From: Octopus sinensis
Taxonomy: Eukaryota
Direction: 5' to 3'
Assembly: GCF_006345805.1 (NCBI RefSeq)
Contig: NC_043023.1
Span: 10,850,001 to 10,914,000 of the forward strand
DNA length: 64,000 nucleotides
The translations under genes were made by a program, and so were the position numbers. Positions 35,009 to 47,615 of the stretch are shown one piece after another (the stretch's first letter is position 1; every line of letters starts with the position of its first letter). A model generated the notes under the pieces. The model made no database searches and was not told where the DNA came from. It was given only the letters and a program-made list of their open reading frames with translations.

Positions 35009-36502
35009 GTGAGAGCCTTATTCTACCAGAATTACCGTGAAGTGAAGGGGACTTTTAACCATGAACTAGGGCAAAAGGAAAGTCATGCGTTCACATTGCA
35101 TCCAGTGAAGAATACCAGTTTCGTCGTACGTTTGGCACTGCATTTCAAGCATGATGAAATTAAATGGCTGCAAAAAAAGACGGACAACTTGAGAAATGAG
35201 ATGGGAATGGTGAAGAGGGTGATTACTGGAAAACACATGAAGCGTTGGTCAATGCCTGTAATAAAGTATCTTCATAATATCGAATATTTTAATAGAAAAC
35301 ATGAAGCGAAGAAGGCCTCTGTCAGATTTTGGTACGATACTGGTGATGTTGACGCACAGTGGGAGAATATTGAAATGGAGTCAATTTATTCCATGGCAAA
35401 TATTCATCAGGCACCGAAACAGAAGCTGAGTGTGAAAAAACATGATGAAACCGTACAGAATGCTGTCAGAGCTCTTCTTAGTCATTATTGGGAAGGAGTT
35501 GATAATATCAAGTTTAAGAAGCTTCTGCAAGCCTATCGCTACATGTCACCCATCCAAGGTGTACAACATCTGCTACATGTCTACTTATTGCAACGCAAGA
35601 CTAAAAGTGGTTATTACAATGGCACATTTATGGCCTCACAGCGTCTACTGCCTCTGGAGTTTACCGAGGACGAAGACATGCTTAAGGATCGTTTTGATAT
35701 CAATACCAAATACGGTAGGCAGGTGAAAGAGATCAATCTGATTATACCGATTGCTGGAAAATTAGAAGCATTTGTACGATTTACAGAGGCACTAGAGAAG
35801 ATCTTCAAACGAACACCAGAGAACCTCAAAGTGATTCTTGCAATCTATAAAGACCCAGAAGGAAGCTGGATCAAACAGATCACGCTGATGAGACGTTTGC
35901 AGTCTCAGTACCATTCCATGAAACTGGAAGTGACATTTCTGACTGGAGATTTTACTCGTGGGGTGGCATTGCAGCATGGTGTGAAAAACTGCAGTAATGA
36001 CTCCCTTCTTCTTTTTATTGATATCGATATGGCCATCACAGAGGAATTTCTACATCGAGTACGAATAACTACAATATACGGCAAGCAAGTGTATTTTCCG
36101 ATTTATTTCAGCCAGTTTGATCCTGAATCTATTTGCCACAAACCAAATTGTAAGAAGAACCATTACTTATTTGGCAAGGATGATGGCTTTTGGATATATT
36201 TCGGTTTTGGTATGGTATCCATCTACAAAAAGGACTTTCTGGAAGTGGGCGGCTATGACACAAACATTAAAGGGTGGGGTAAAGAGGACATAGATTTCTA
36301 TGAATTGTGCATCAAATCTAACCTGACAGTAATCCGGGCCCCGGATTTGTCACTGATACACGTTTACCACCCAAAATTCTGTTCAAAGGATTTGAATGCA
36401 GAACAGTACCAAATGTGTCTAGATTCAAAAATCAGTATCTTTTGGTCGCTACATAAGGAAGCCGAGGCTGTCTACAGATTACCGAAGATATTAAATAAAT
36501 AA
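35009..36502 (+). CDS. CHSY1: Chondroitin sulfate synthase, exon 4 (C-terminal beta-1,4-GalNAc-transferase domain)
   Basis: INLIIPIAGK, LLLFIDIDM (DxD), VYFPIYFSQFDP, GGYDTNIKGWGKEDID, HVYHPKFC, QYQMCLDSK. Acceptor TGCAG|GTG, phase 0; stop TAA at 36500-36502. The spliced CDS from 26444 is 2253 nt (750 aa plus stop). Confidence 0.95.
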   Translation: MRALFYQNYREVKGTFNHELGQKESHAFTLHPVKNTSFVVRLALHFKHDEIKWLQKKTDNLRNEMGMVKRVITGKHMKRWSMPVIKYLHNIEYFNRKHEAKKASVRFWYDTGDVDAQWENIEMESIYSMANIHQAPKQKLSVKKHDETVQNAVRALLSHYWEGVDNIKFKKLLQAYRYMSPIQGVQHLLHVYLLQRKTKSGYYNGTFMASQRLLPLEFTEDEDMLKDRFDINTKYGRQVKEINLIIPIAGKLEAFVRFTEALEKIFKRTPENLKVILAIYKDPEGSWIKQITLMRRLQSQYHSMKLEVTFLTGDFTRGVALQHGVKNCSNDSLLLFIDIDMAITEEFLHRVRITTIYGKQVYFPIYFSQFDPESICHKPNCKKNHYLFGKDDGFWIYFGFGMVSIYKKDFLEVGGYDTNIKGWGKEDIDFYELCIKSNLTVIRAPDLSLIHVYHPKFCSKDLNAEQYQMCLDSKISIFWSLHKEAEAVYRLPKILNK

Positions 36503-36807
36503 CAAAGACAAACATGTGTCATGTTGAATTTCCTTGAGAAGTGCATTAAGGGTACACATGTCTGTGGAATACTCAGCCATTTGGATGTTAATTTCACGAG
36601 CAACTTGTTCTGTTGATCAAAATCAACTGGAACCTTCGTTATAACCGACAGATTACCAGTTATTTCTTGTTCTTCCTGTCCACTCAGCCAGCAAAAATGA
36701 GTCGTACCTGTATTTCAAAGAGCCAGTTGTGTCACATTCGGTGTGACCTGCTGAATCTCCCTGCAAATTACAAGTCTCTGTGGAGTACTCAGCCGCTTGC
36801 ACATTAA

Positions 36808-37272
36808 CCCTTTCATTACCAACCTGGCTGAAACCGGCTATGGTTCTGAGTACAAATGTCTTGTTTTCATAAGATTTGAGTTAAAATCTTCCACCAAACC
36901 TTAGTCACAATTTATGTTCCTAACACTAGCTTAATGATAACTTAGTTATTTTACAAAATTCTTTGATACATTTAAAATTTATTGAAAGGAACACAGAGCA
37001 TCTCAACAGAAATATGCTAACAAAAGGCTTAAAAATATATAATAGAGAAACAATTTTTAACCCTTTTGATATCAACCCAGTTCTGGATCTGTAGTACAAA
37101 TGTCTTGTTTTCAAAAGTTCTGCATTAAAATCTTCCACCAAACCTTAGTCACAATTTATGTTCCTAACACTAGCTTAATGACTACTAAATTATTTTACTA
37201 AATTCTTTGTTATATTTAAAATTCATTGAAAGAAACACAGAGCATCTCAAAATAAATACAGTAACAAAAGGG
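36808..37272. mobile_element. Two adjacent TTAA MITEs (36808-37028, 37061-37272)
   Basis: TTAA|CCCTTT... termini; reverse-complement homology to 3100-3320. Confidence 0.75.
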
Positions 37273-37549
37273 TTAATTTCACAAGCAAATTGTTCCATTG
37301 ATTAGATCAATTGGAACTCTTGTAATCAAAGGAGCACCACTTAAAATCAGGTAGCTATGTATCTCATCTACAGGATAAACCAGCTCCTGTCCCCTTTTTT
37401 CTATATTCACCTCTTCACACCTACAGTAAAGCTATCCCTTTTCAGACACAGTCTCACTCAGTCAAGGGAGATCTTTAGTCTTGCAAATTACATGATGAAG
37501 TCTTCACTTGTACAGCCACCATGAAGAAAGTGCCCAATGCGATGGTCAC

Positions 37550-38940
37550 CACTGGAATGTCTTTGATCGTAAGTCTACTGGATCAGGACTCACCTAGGGC
37601 TAAACAATATAAACTACAACTGTTGCTGCTAATACTGACAATTTTAGTTAATGAAGTCCTAGATACACTATGTCTGAATAATAGATGGGATGGTCACAGC
37701 TGGAACATCTTTGATCATAGGGTAAGAACTGGTATGAGGTTAAACAACACTTAAAACCACTTACACTAATGGCTATACTGTACATTAGATAATGTAGTCC
37801 TAGATACACTATGCCTGAATAAAAGATGGGATGGTCACAGCTGGAACAACTTTGATCATAGGTCTGTCTGATCAGTACTGACCCGGGACTAAACAACAAC
37901 TGTAGCCACTAATGTAATGCTGTCAATAGTAGTCCTAGATACACTATGCCTGAATAAAAGATGGGATGGTCACTGGAACACTTGATCATAGGTCCTGGAT
38001 CAGTAATGACCCGGGACTACAACTGTAGACTATAGTAACTGTATACATTCAATAATGTAGTCCTAGATACACTATGCCTGAATAAAAGATGGGATGGTCA
38101 CAGCTGGAACAACTTTGATCATAGGTCTGTCTGGATCAGTACTGACCGGGACTAACAACAACTGGAGCCACTAATAGTAACTGCTATACATTCAATAATG
38201 TAGTCCTAGATACAAATGCCTGATAAAGATGGGATGGTCACACTGGAACAACTTTGATCATAGGTCTGTTGGACAGTACTGACCGGGACTAACAACTGTA
38301 GCCACTAATAGTAACTGCTATACATCAATAATGTAGTCCTAGATACACTATGCCTGAATAAAAGATGGGATGGTCACAGCTGGAACAACTTTGATCATAG
38401 GTCTGTCTGGATCAGTACTCTGGACTAAACAACAACTGTAGCACTAATAGTAATGCTATACATTCAATAATGTAGTCCTAGATACCTATGCCTGAATAAA
38501 AGATGGGATGGTCACAGCTGAACAACTTGATCATAGGTCTGTCTGATCAGTACTGACCGGGTAAACAACAACTGTAGCATAATAGTAACTGCTATACATT
38601 CATAATGTAGTCTAGAAACTATGCCTGAATAAAAGATGGGATGGTCACAGCTGGAACAACTTTGATCATAGGTCTGTCTGGATCAGTACTGACCCGGGAC
38701 TAAACAACAACTGTAGCCACTAATAGTAACTGCTATACATTCAATAATGTAGTCCTAGATACACTATGCCTGAATAAAAGATGGGATGGTCACAGCTGGA
38801 ACAACTTTGATCATAGGTCTGTCTGGATCAGTACTGACCCGGGACTAAACAACAACTGTAGCCACTAATAGTAACTGCTATACATTCAATAATGTAGTCC
38901 TAGATACACTATGCCTAAATAAAAGATGGGATGGTCACCA
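37550..38940. repeat. ~145-bp minisatellite, about 10 units; more units at 39480-39570 and 40512-40900
   Basis: Unit TAGTCCTAGATACACTATGCCTGAATAAAAGATGGGATGGTCACAGCTGG...; a clean period of 145 between 38750 and 38895. Confidence 0.9.
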
Positions 38941-39301
38941 TGATGATTGTAAGTTTGTGGTTTTGATTCTTGGACCGGGCTATGCATTGTGTTCTTGAGC
39001 AAAACACTTCATTTCACGTTGCTCCAGTCCACTCAACTGGCAAAAATGAGTAACACTGCAATGGACTGGCGTCCTGTCCAGCGGGGGAACACATACGCCA
39101 TTGAAACCAGGAAACTGGGCCCGTGAGCCTGGCTAGGCTTTAAAAGGGCACATTTATTTATTTATATATATTATGTATATTGAAGTAGATAAATGAATTA
39201 TCTTATTACGGATAATTCAAATGATAACCGATACCTGGGTAGCAAAAATCACGGTTGAAGTTACGACCATGGGGCATTTTGTTGGAGAATTAAGTTCCTG
39301 G

Positions 39302-39387
39302 ATTTTCCTGAAGAGAAGGCTGCAAAATGGACTCCTTATTCAATCCGAATAAGGGACTTTGCAGCCTTTGAAACATATGTAGAAAAT
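39302..39387 (+). ncRNA. Canonical-core type I hammerhead ribozyme with long stem II
   Basis: Stem I ATTTTC/GAAAAT; core CTGAAGA; stem II GAAGGCTGCAAA/TTTGCAGCCTTT plus a distal hairpin TCCTTATTC-aatcc-GAATAAGGG; GAAA; palindromic stem III ACATATGT; predicted cleavage after GUA at 39381. Confidence 0.72.
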
Positions 39388-39574
39388 AATAAAAAGGAAT
39401 TTTGTTAAATCTTCGTTCAGCTCCATTTCTTCCTACACTTAATATATATATATGTATATATGTATATATATATATATATATGTCTTTGATCGTAAGTCTA
39501 CTGGACCAGGACTGACCTGGGGCTAAACAATATAAACTACAAATGTTGCTGCTAATACTGACAATTTTATTGAA

Positions 39575-40507
39575 CCCCTTGACACCGGTATTACCCGAAG
39601 CATGCAAGACACTGCTCTGGGTTTTTTTTTATCTAATGAGGCCACCCAAACACTCAAATGCCAATGAGCTCATATCTATTTACATCCACCGTTACAATAA
39701 CATAGCATCGTACATTTACGTCTACCGGTCTATGTAAACGAACTGTGTAAAGCTATTTATCATAATACGATATCCACAAGTTATTCTGCTCAAATTCAGA
39801 AAATATCTTGCGTGTGGTACAACTCAAAACACGGTATTATGCATGTAAAGTATCCACATGCCATTGGTCTACTGCTAGTCTCATGACTTGAACGTAACCT
39901 TAAAATAGATAAGACTAGCAGTATCGCCCGGCGTTGCTCGGGTTTGTAAGGGAAATAACTATATAAGCATTTTCAGAGAGTTACTTTGCTTATATAAACC
40001 GAGCAAAAAATGCATTAAAAATGTGGAAAAATGATGGTAATTTTTTTTTTAAATCGTAGACTCATCGTAGACGTACGCTAATACCCAGAAGGGCTCGATA
40101 TGAATCACAACTATAAGATACCCGCTTTTGGTTAAACTGCACCGCAAAATGTGGGAGTAGTTAGGAATCTAAATCGGAGTAGACAGACACACACAACTTC
40201 AGTTTTATATATAAAGACTAGCAGTATTGCCCGGCGTTGCTCGGGTTTGTAAGGGAAATAACTATATAAACATTTTTAGAGAGTTACTTCCCTTATATAA
40301 ACCGAGCAAAAAATGCATTAAAAATTATGGTAAATTCTTTTTAAATCGTAGACTCATCGTAGACATGCGCTAATACCCAGAAGGGCTCGATATGAATCAC
40401 GACTATAAGATACCCGCTTTTGGTTAAACTGCACTGCAAAATGTGGGAGTAGTTAGGAATCTAAATCGGAGTAGACAGACATATTTTCGTCAACTGTTGT
40501 CAAGGGG
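39575..40507. mobile_element. piggyBac-like element inserted into a satellite unit and carrying a nested Helitron dimer
   Basis: TGAA|CCCCTTGACA...TGTCAAGGGG|TTAA; the satellite unit resumes after 40511. Confidence 0.65.
39915..40480 (-). mobile_element. Helitron tandem dimer (39915-40217 complete; 40218-40480 5'-truncated)
   Basis: CTAGCAGTATCGCCCGGCGTTGCTCGGG ends and a TAAAGA|CTAG junction. Confidence 0.85.
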
Positions 40508-41593
40508 TTAATGTGGTCCTAGATACACTATGTCTGAATAAAGGATGGGATGGTCACTGCTGGAACGTCTTTGATCATAGGTTTACCGGGTAAGAACTGG
40601 TATGAGGTTAAACAACACTTAAAGCCACTTACACTAATTGCTGTACTGTACATTAGATAATGTAGTCCTAGATACACTATGCCTGAATAAAAGAGGGGAT
40701 GGTCACAGCTGGAACATCTTTGATCATAGGTCTGTCTGGATCAGGATTGACCCAGGGCTAAACAACAACTGTAGCCACTAATAATAACTGCTAAACTATA
40801 CATTCAATAATGTAGTCATAGATACACTATGCCTGAATAAAAGATGGGATGGTCACAGCTGGAATGTCTTTAATTACAGGCCTATCTAGATCAAGACTGA
40901 CATAGGACTAAAAAGAAATATTAACAAGATTTATCTACCCATACTCCACCCTGTCTCCAAAATCCACCCAGGCCCACCACAACCAAAAAGTCATACAGAT
41001 ATTTATTTCTCAATGTCTCTCCAACATTATACAATAACTGTCTCTCATTATCCATTTTTATGTCTTTCCATGGCCAAGTGGTTTTACAACCAAGCACTAG
41101 GGCATATTAATGACTGCATTGCAGGTTCAAATTTCATCCCCCTGGATTGATGTTTATTTATTTATATATATTTTTACTTCTTGTTAACACTTGATTGTAT
41201 TTTTTGTTTTTTTCTTTTGGAAAAATATTTAACTTTTGTATTGATAAAAATTTTCAAATAAAAAAAATATGAAATAATAATTAAAAAATTATAATTATGG
41301 AAAATGAGGAAAAATTCCACGTCAAAGTGTAAAGAATTAAAAATAAAAACGGTTTCTGTATTTTCATTTAAACTTATTTCTCTTTCTCTTTTTTTTACTT
41401 GTTTCAATCATTTGACTGCGGCCATGCTGGAGCACCACCTTTAATCGAGCTACTCAACCCCGGGACTTATTCTTTGTAAGCCCAGTACTTATTCTATCGG
41501 TCTCTTTTGCAAACCGCTAAGTGACGGGGACATAAACACACCAGCATCGGTTGTCAAACAATGCTAGGGGGACAAACACAGACACACAAACAC

Positions 41594-41648
<55 letters not shown>

Positions 41649-41946
41649 CAACAGGCTTCTTTCAGTTTCCATCTACCAAATCCACTCACAAGGCTTGTAA
41701 TCACCCATCTGTGTCCGTGTGTTTGCAAAATCTCTCTCCTGCATGAATAAATTTATTCTTAGTTAAGTTACCCTTTGTAGTGAATGATTTACCACAGACA
41801 TCACAAGGTGCCACGCAGGGGGACTGAACCCGGAACCATGTGGTTGGTAAACAAGCTACTTACCACACAGCCACTCCTGATGGTTTCTTTTTTAAAAAAC
41901 AAATTGTTATTGCCCAGCATGCATAAACAAAAGCAAGACATTGTAA

Positions 41947-42785
<839 letters not shown>

Positions 42786-43076
42786 TCTCCTTTCCTTACC
42801 ACAAATATACACAAGTTTGGCGCATGGCTTAGTGGTTAAGGTGTCAGCATCATGATCATAAGATTGTGGTTTCGATTCCTGGACCGAGCGACGCGTTGTT
42901 TTCTTGAGCAAAACACTTCATTTCACATTGCTCCAGTGCACTCAGCTGGCAAAAATGAGTAATGCTGCGATGGACTTGCGTCCTGTCCAGCGGGGGAACA
43001 CATACGCCATTAAAACCAGGAAACTGGGCCCGTGAGCCTGGCTAGGCTTTAAAAGGGCACATTTATTTATATATAT

Positions 43077-43113
<37 letters not shown>

Positions 43114-44618
43114 TGTTACGTACCACCTGCCGTCGCTCAAACTCTTCGAAAACCCGGGACCCTACCAAGTCGAGCGACGACGATTGCACCGGCCCAGTCG
43201 AACGGAGAATTCGCCACACAGATGGGACCCGGTGGAGGATGGCAGCGAACTCGGCAACCGGAGAGAACAACAACAACAGCAGGAAGAGATACAGAGAGAC
43301 GGCGGAAGGCAATTGGCTTACATTTAACAACAGTTTATGACAATCATTACAACATCAAATACAATGTAAAATACATCAGGTACATCAAAGAAAATAACAT
43401 GCAACAAAATTAACAAGATCAAAACATGCAGATACAATACACAGTCCGGAGACAACAGTTCAAATCAAATAATGTTCACGATACAGTTCAGAGACAAATC
43501 AGTTCAATTCACGATACAGTTCAATGTTCAAATCACATTAAAGTCTTTCTCTTTCTTTCTTTCTTTCTCTTTTTTTAACAACTCTTTTCCTTAATTCACA
43601 GTTCTTTCTTTTTTTCTTTAACACAACTCAGCAACACAGTTCTTTTCACAATCTCATTTCTGTTTAGTTCAACAATTCTTTTCTTTTCTTTTCAACAATT
43701 CAATTCTTTTCTTTTCACATCAAAAGTCAACAACAAAAAACAAACATAAACATTACCGAACGTTTTCGCGTCTGCAACTCTGCGACAATAGCCAATGCCT
43801 TCCACGCCGTAACCTCTCTTTCGCTCTCAATCCTCTGTGTATGTCTTTCACATTCACTGTCTCCAGCAGAACTACCTGTTACCAACTCGCTCTGTTCCCG
43901 ACTGTCGACTGACTGGCAAGCTCACAGCTCCCGCATTTTAAAGGGTAGCAGATTTATTTTTTTCTTAAACTTTACCTGACCGTAGGGGCCAAAATGTCAC
44001 TTCCTAAATATATAAATTTCCCCAGAAACTGGCATAAAAGATTTACCCGTCTGCTTGACACCAAATCACAAAAGTAGGTCGCAGCACTCAGCCTCCGAAC
44101 TGACCTCCATATCACTACCCCCTCCCTAAGCTTTGTCGACCCGACAGAAGCACACTAAACCCGTACTTCCAAGGGCGAGCTCCAGCTGAACTGGCCAGGC
44201 TCATGGTACCTCCACAGACGGTTCGCATGTACACTTTTCAGGGAAGACCTCCTGCCTCCTCGAATCCTGTACGTTACATCGGACAAACGAGTCACCACCG
44301 TGAAAGGCCCCTCCCAAGGACTCTGCAGCTTCGGAGACTGCCCTCTCTTCCGCCTGGGGTTGTGGAACCACACCTCATCGCCCTCCTTGAAGTCGACCTC
44401 ACTAGCCCTGGTGTCATGCCGACACCAGCTCCCGCATTTTGAAGGGTAGCAGATTTATTTTTTTCTTAAACTTTCCCTGATCGTAGGGGCCAAAATGTCA
44501 CTTCCTAAATACATAAATTTCCCCAGAAACTGGCATAACAAAAGATTTACCCGTCTGCTTGACTCCAAATCACAAAAGTAGGTCGCAGCACTCAGCCTCC
44601 GAACTGACCTCCATATCA
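43114..44618 (-). mobile_element. Ty3/Gypsy deletion derivative: ~190 bp of LTR start, integrase C-terminus, PPT and a ~1-kb LTR
   Basis: WEGPFTVVTRLSDVTYRI (GPY/F module); polypurine tract AGGGAGGGGGTAG directly before TGATATGG... (44114); the LTR ends ...GTAACA at 43114; the LTR start is repeated at 44618-44428. Confidence 0.85.
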
Positions 44619-44712
44619 ATATTTTTTGATTTATATATATAGATGTATGTATATTTTTTATTTATATATATATATTATATATATATATATATATATAATA
44701 TATATATATATA

Positions 44713-46216
44713 TGTTGTTACGTACCACCTGCCGTCGCTCAAACTCTTCGAAAACCCGGGACCCTACCAAGTCGAGCGACGACGATTGCACCGGCCCAGT
44801 CGAACGGAGAATTCGCCACACAAATGGGACCCGGTGGAGGATGGCAGCGAACTCGGCAACCGGAGAGAACAACAACAACAGCAGGAAGAGATACAGAGAG
44901 ACGGCGGAAGGCAATTGGCTTACATTTAACAACAGTTTATGACAATCATTACAACACCAAATACAATGTAAAATACATCAGGTACATCAAAGAAAATAAC
45001 ATGCAACAAAATTAACAAGATCAAAACATGCAGATACAATACACAGTCCGGAGACAACAGTTCAAATCAAATAATGTTCACGATACAGTTCAGAGACAAA
45101 TCAGTTGAATTCACGATACAGTTCAATGTTCAAATCACATTAAAGTCTTTCTCTTTCTTTCTTTCTCTTTTCTTAACAACTCTTTTCCTTAATTCACAGT
45201 TCTTTCTTTTTTTCTTTAACACAACTCAGCAACACAGTTCTTTTCACAATCTCATTTCTGTTTAGTTCAACAATTCTTTTCTTTTCTTTTCAACAATTCA
45301 ATTCTTTTCTTTTCACATCAAAAGTCAACAACAAAAAACAAACATAAACATTACCGAACATTTTCGCGTCTGCAACTCTGCGACAATAGCCAATGCCTTC
45401 CACGCCGTAACCTCTCTTTCGCTCTCAATCCTCTGTGTATGTCTTTCACATTCACTGTCTCCAGCAGAACTACCTGTTACCAACTCGCTCTGTTCCCGAC
45501 TGTCGACTGACTGGCAAGCTCACAGCTCCCGCATTTTAAAGGGTAGCAGATTTATTTTTTTCTTAAACTTTACCTGACCGTAGGGGCCAAAATGTCACTT
45601 CCTAAATATATAAATTTCCCCAGAAACTGGCATAAAAGATTTACCCATCTGCTTGACACCAAATCACAAAAGTAGGTCGCAGCACTCAGCCTCCGAACTG
45701 ACCTCCATATCACTACCCCCTCCCTAAGCTTTGTCGACCCGACAGAAGCACACTAAACCCGTACTTCCAAGGGCGAGCTCCAGCTGAACTGGCCAGGCCC
45801 ATGGTACCTCCACAGACGGTTCGCATGTACACTTTTCGGGGAAGACCTCCTGCCTCCTCGAATCCTGTACGTTACATCGGACAAACGAGTCACCACCGTG
45901 AAAGGCCCCTCCCAAGGACTCTGCAGCTTTGGAGACTGCCCTCTCTTCCGCCTGGGGTTGTGGAACCACACCTCATCGCCCTCCTTGAAGTCGACCTCAC
46001 TAGCCCTGGTGTCATGCCGACACCAGCTCCCGCATTTTGAAGGGTAGCAGATTTATTTTTTTCTTAAACTTTCCCTGATCGTAGGGGCCAAAATGTCACT
46101 TCCTAAATACATAAATTTCCCCAGAAACTGGCATAACAAAAGATTTACCCGTCTGCTTGACTCCAAATCACAAAAGTAGGTCGCAGCACTCAGCCTCCGA
46201 ACTGACCTCCATATCA
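44713..46216 (-). mobile_element. Tandem second copy of the Gypsy derivative
   Basis: Offset ~1.6 kb, differing by a handful of substitutions and indels; TA-microsatellite spacer. Confidence 0.85.
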
Positions 46217-47615
46217 ATATTTTTTGATTTATATATATAGATGTATGTATATTTTTTATTTATATATATATATTTGGGACACAAAACTCTACTTGTGAAG
46301 GATCTGTTGAGGCAAGTGAGAATCAGAATCAAAATCAAAATCAATCAACATCAATGGAAATTGTAGCTGTGATACCAGTGCCGTTGGCACGTAAGCGAAC
46401 CATCCGAACGTGGTCGTTGCCAGCGCCACCTCGATGGGCATCCATGCCGGTGGCACGTAAAAAGCACCATCCAACTGTGGCCGTTTGCCAGCCCCGTCTG
46501 GCACCTGTGCCGGTGGCACGTAAAAATCACCCACTACACTCACGGAGTGGTTGGCTTTAGGAAGGGCATCCAGCTGTAGAAACACTGCCAGATCAGACTG
46601 GAGCCTGGTGCAGACTCCTGGCTTCCTAGACCCCGGTTGAACCGTCCAACCCATGCTAGCATGGAAAGCGGACGTTAAACGATGATGATTATTATGAGAG
46701 GTCTTTTTCTTACAAGTGAGAACATATGAAATAATATTTCCATGTATTCTTTTCTTTTTTTTTATTCGTTTCAGACATTTGACTGTGGCCATGCTGGAGC
46801 ACTGCCTTTAGTCAAACAAATTGATTCCAGGACTTTTCCTTGGTAAGCCCAGTACTTATTCTATCGGTTTCTTTTGCCGAACCGCTAAGTGACATGGACA
46901 TAAACACACCAACATCGGTTGTCAAGCGATGGTGGGGTGACAAATACAGACACACAAACATATATATATATATATATATATGACAGGCTTCTTTCAGTTT
47001 CCGCCTACCAAATCCACTCACAATGCTTTGGTTGGCCCGAGGCTATAGTAGAAGACACTTACCCAAGGTGCCATGCAGTAGGACTGAACCCGGAACCATG
47101 TGGTTGGTAAGCCAGCTACTTACCACACAGCCACTCCTGTGCCTATAATCCAATTTTTAAAAAAATTTTTTCACTTTTCCCATAAGTTATATCAATGGGA
47201 AAAAGATAGAAATTTACTCAACAAAATGTAGGGATATAATAAGGTCAAAAATAAAAATAAATAGGGTCACACCTGCAGTGATTGTCGCACAATATGTGTT
47301 ATGATCATTTTTAATATAGTTATTGTTCTGTGTGAACAGCAACATGTTCAGTGAAGTGAGTTTTTTGAGAGACTGATTAATGACACATAGGAAGGGCATC
47401 CTGGCGTTAGGAAGGGCATCCTGGCGTTAGGAAGGGCATCCTGGGGTTAGGAAGGGCATCCTGGCGTTAGGAAGGGCATCCAGCTGTAGAAACACTGCCA
47501 GATCAGACTGGGCCTGGTGCAGCCTTCTGGCTTCCCAGACCCCAGTTGAACCGTCCAACCCATGCTAGCATGGAAAGCGGACGTTAAATGATGACGATGA
47601 TGATAATGATGATGA

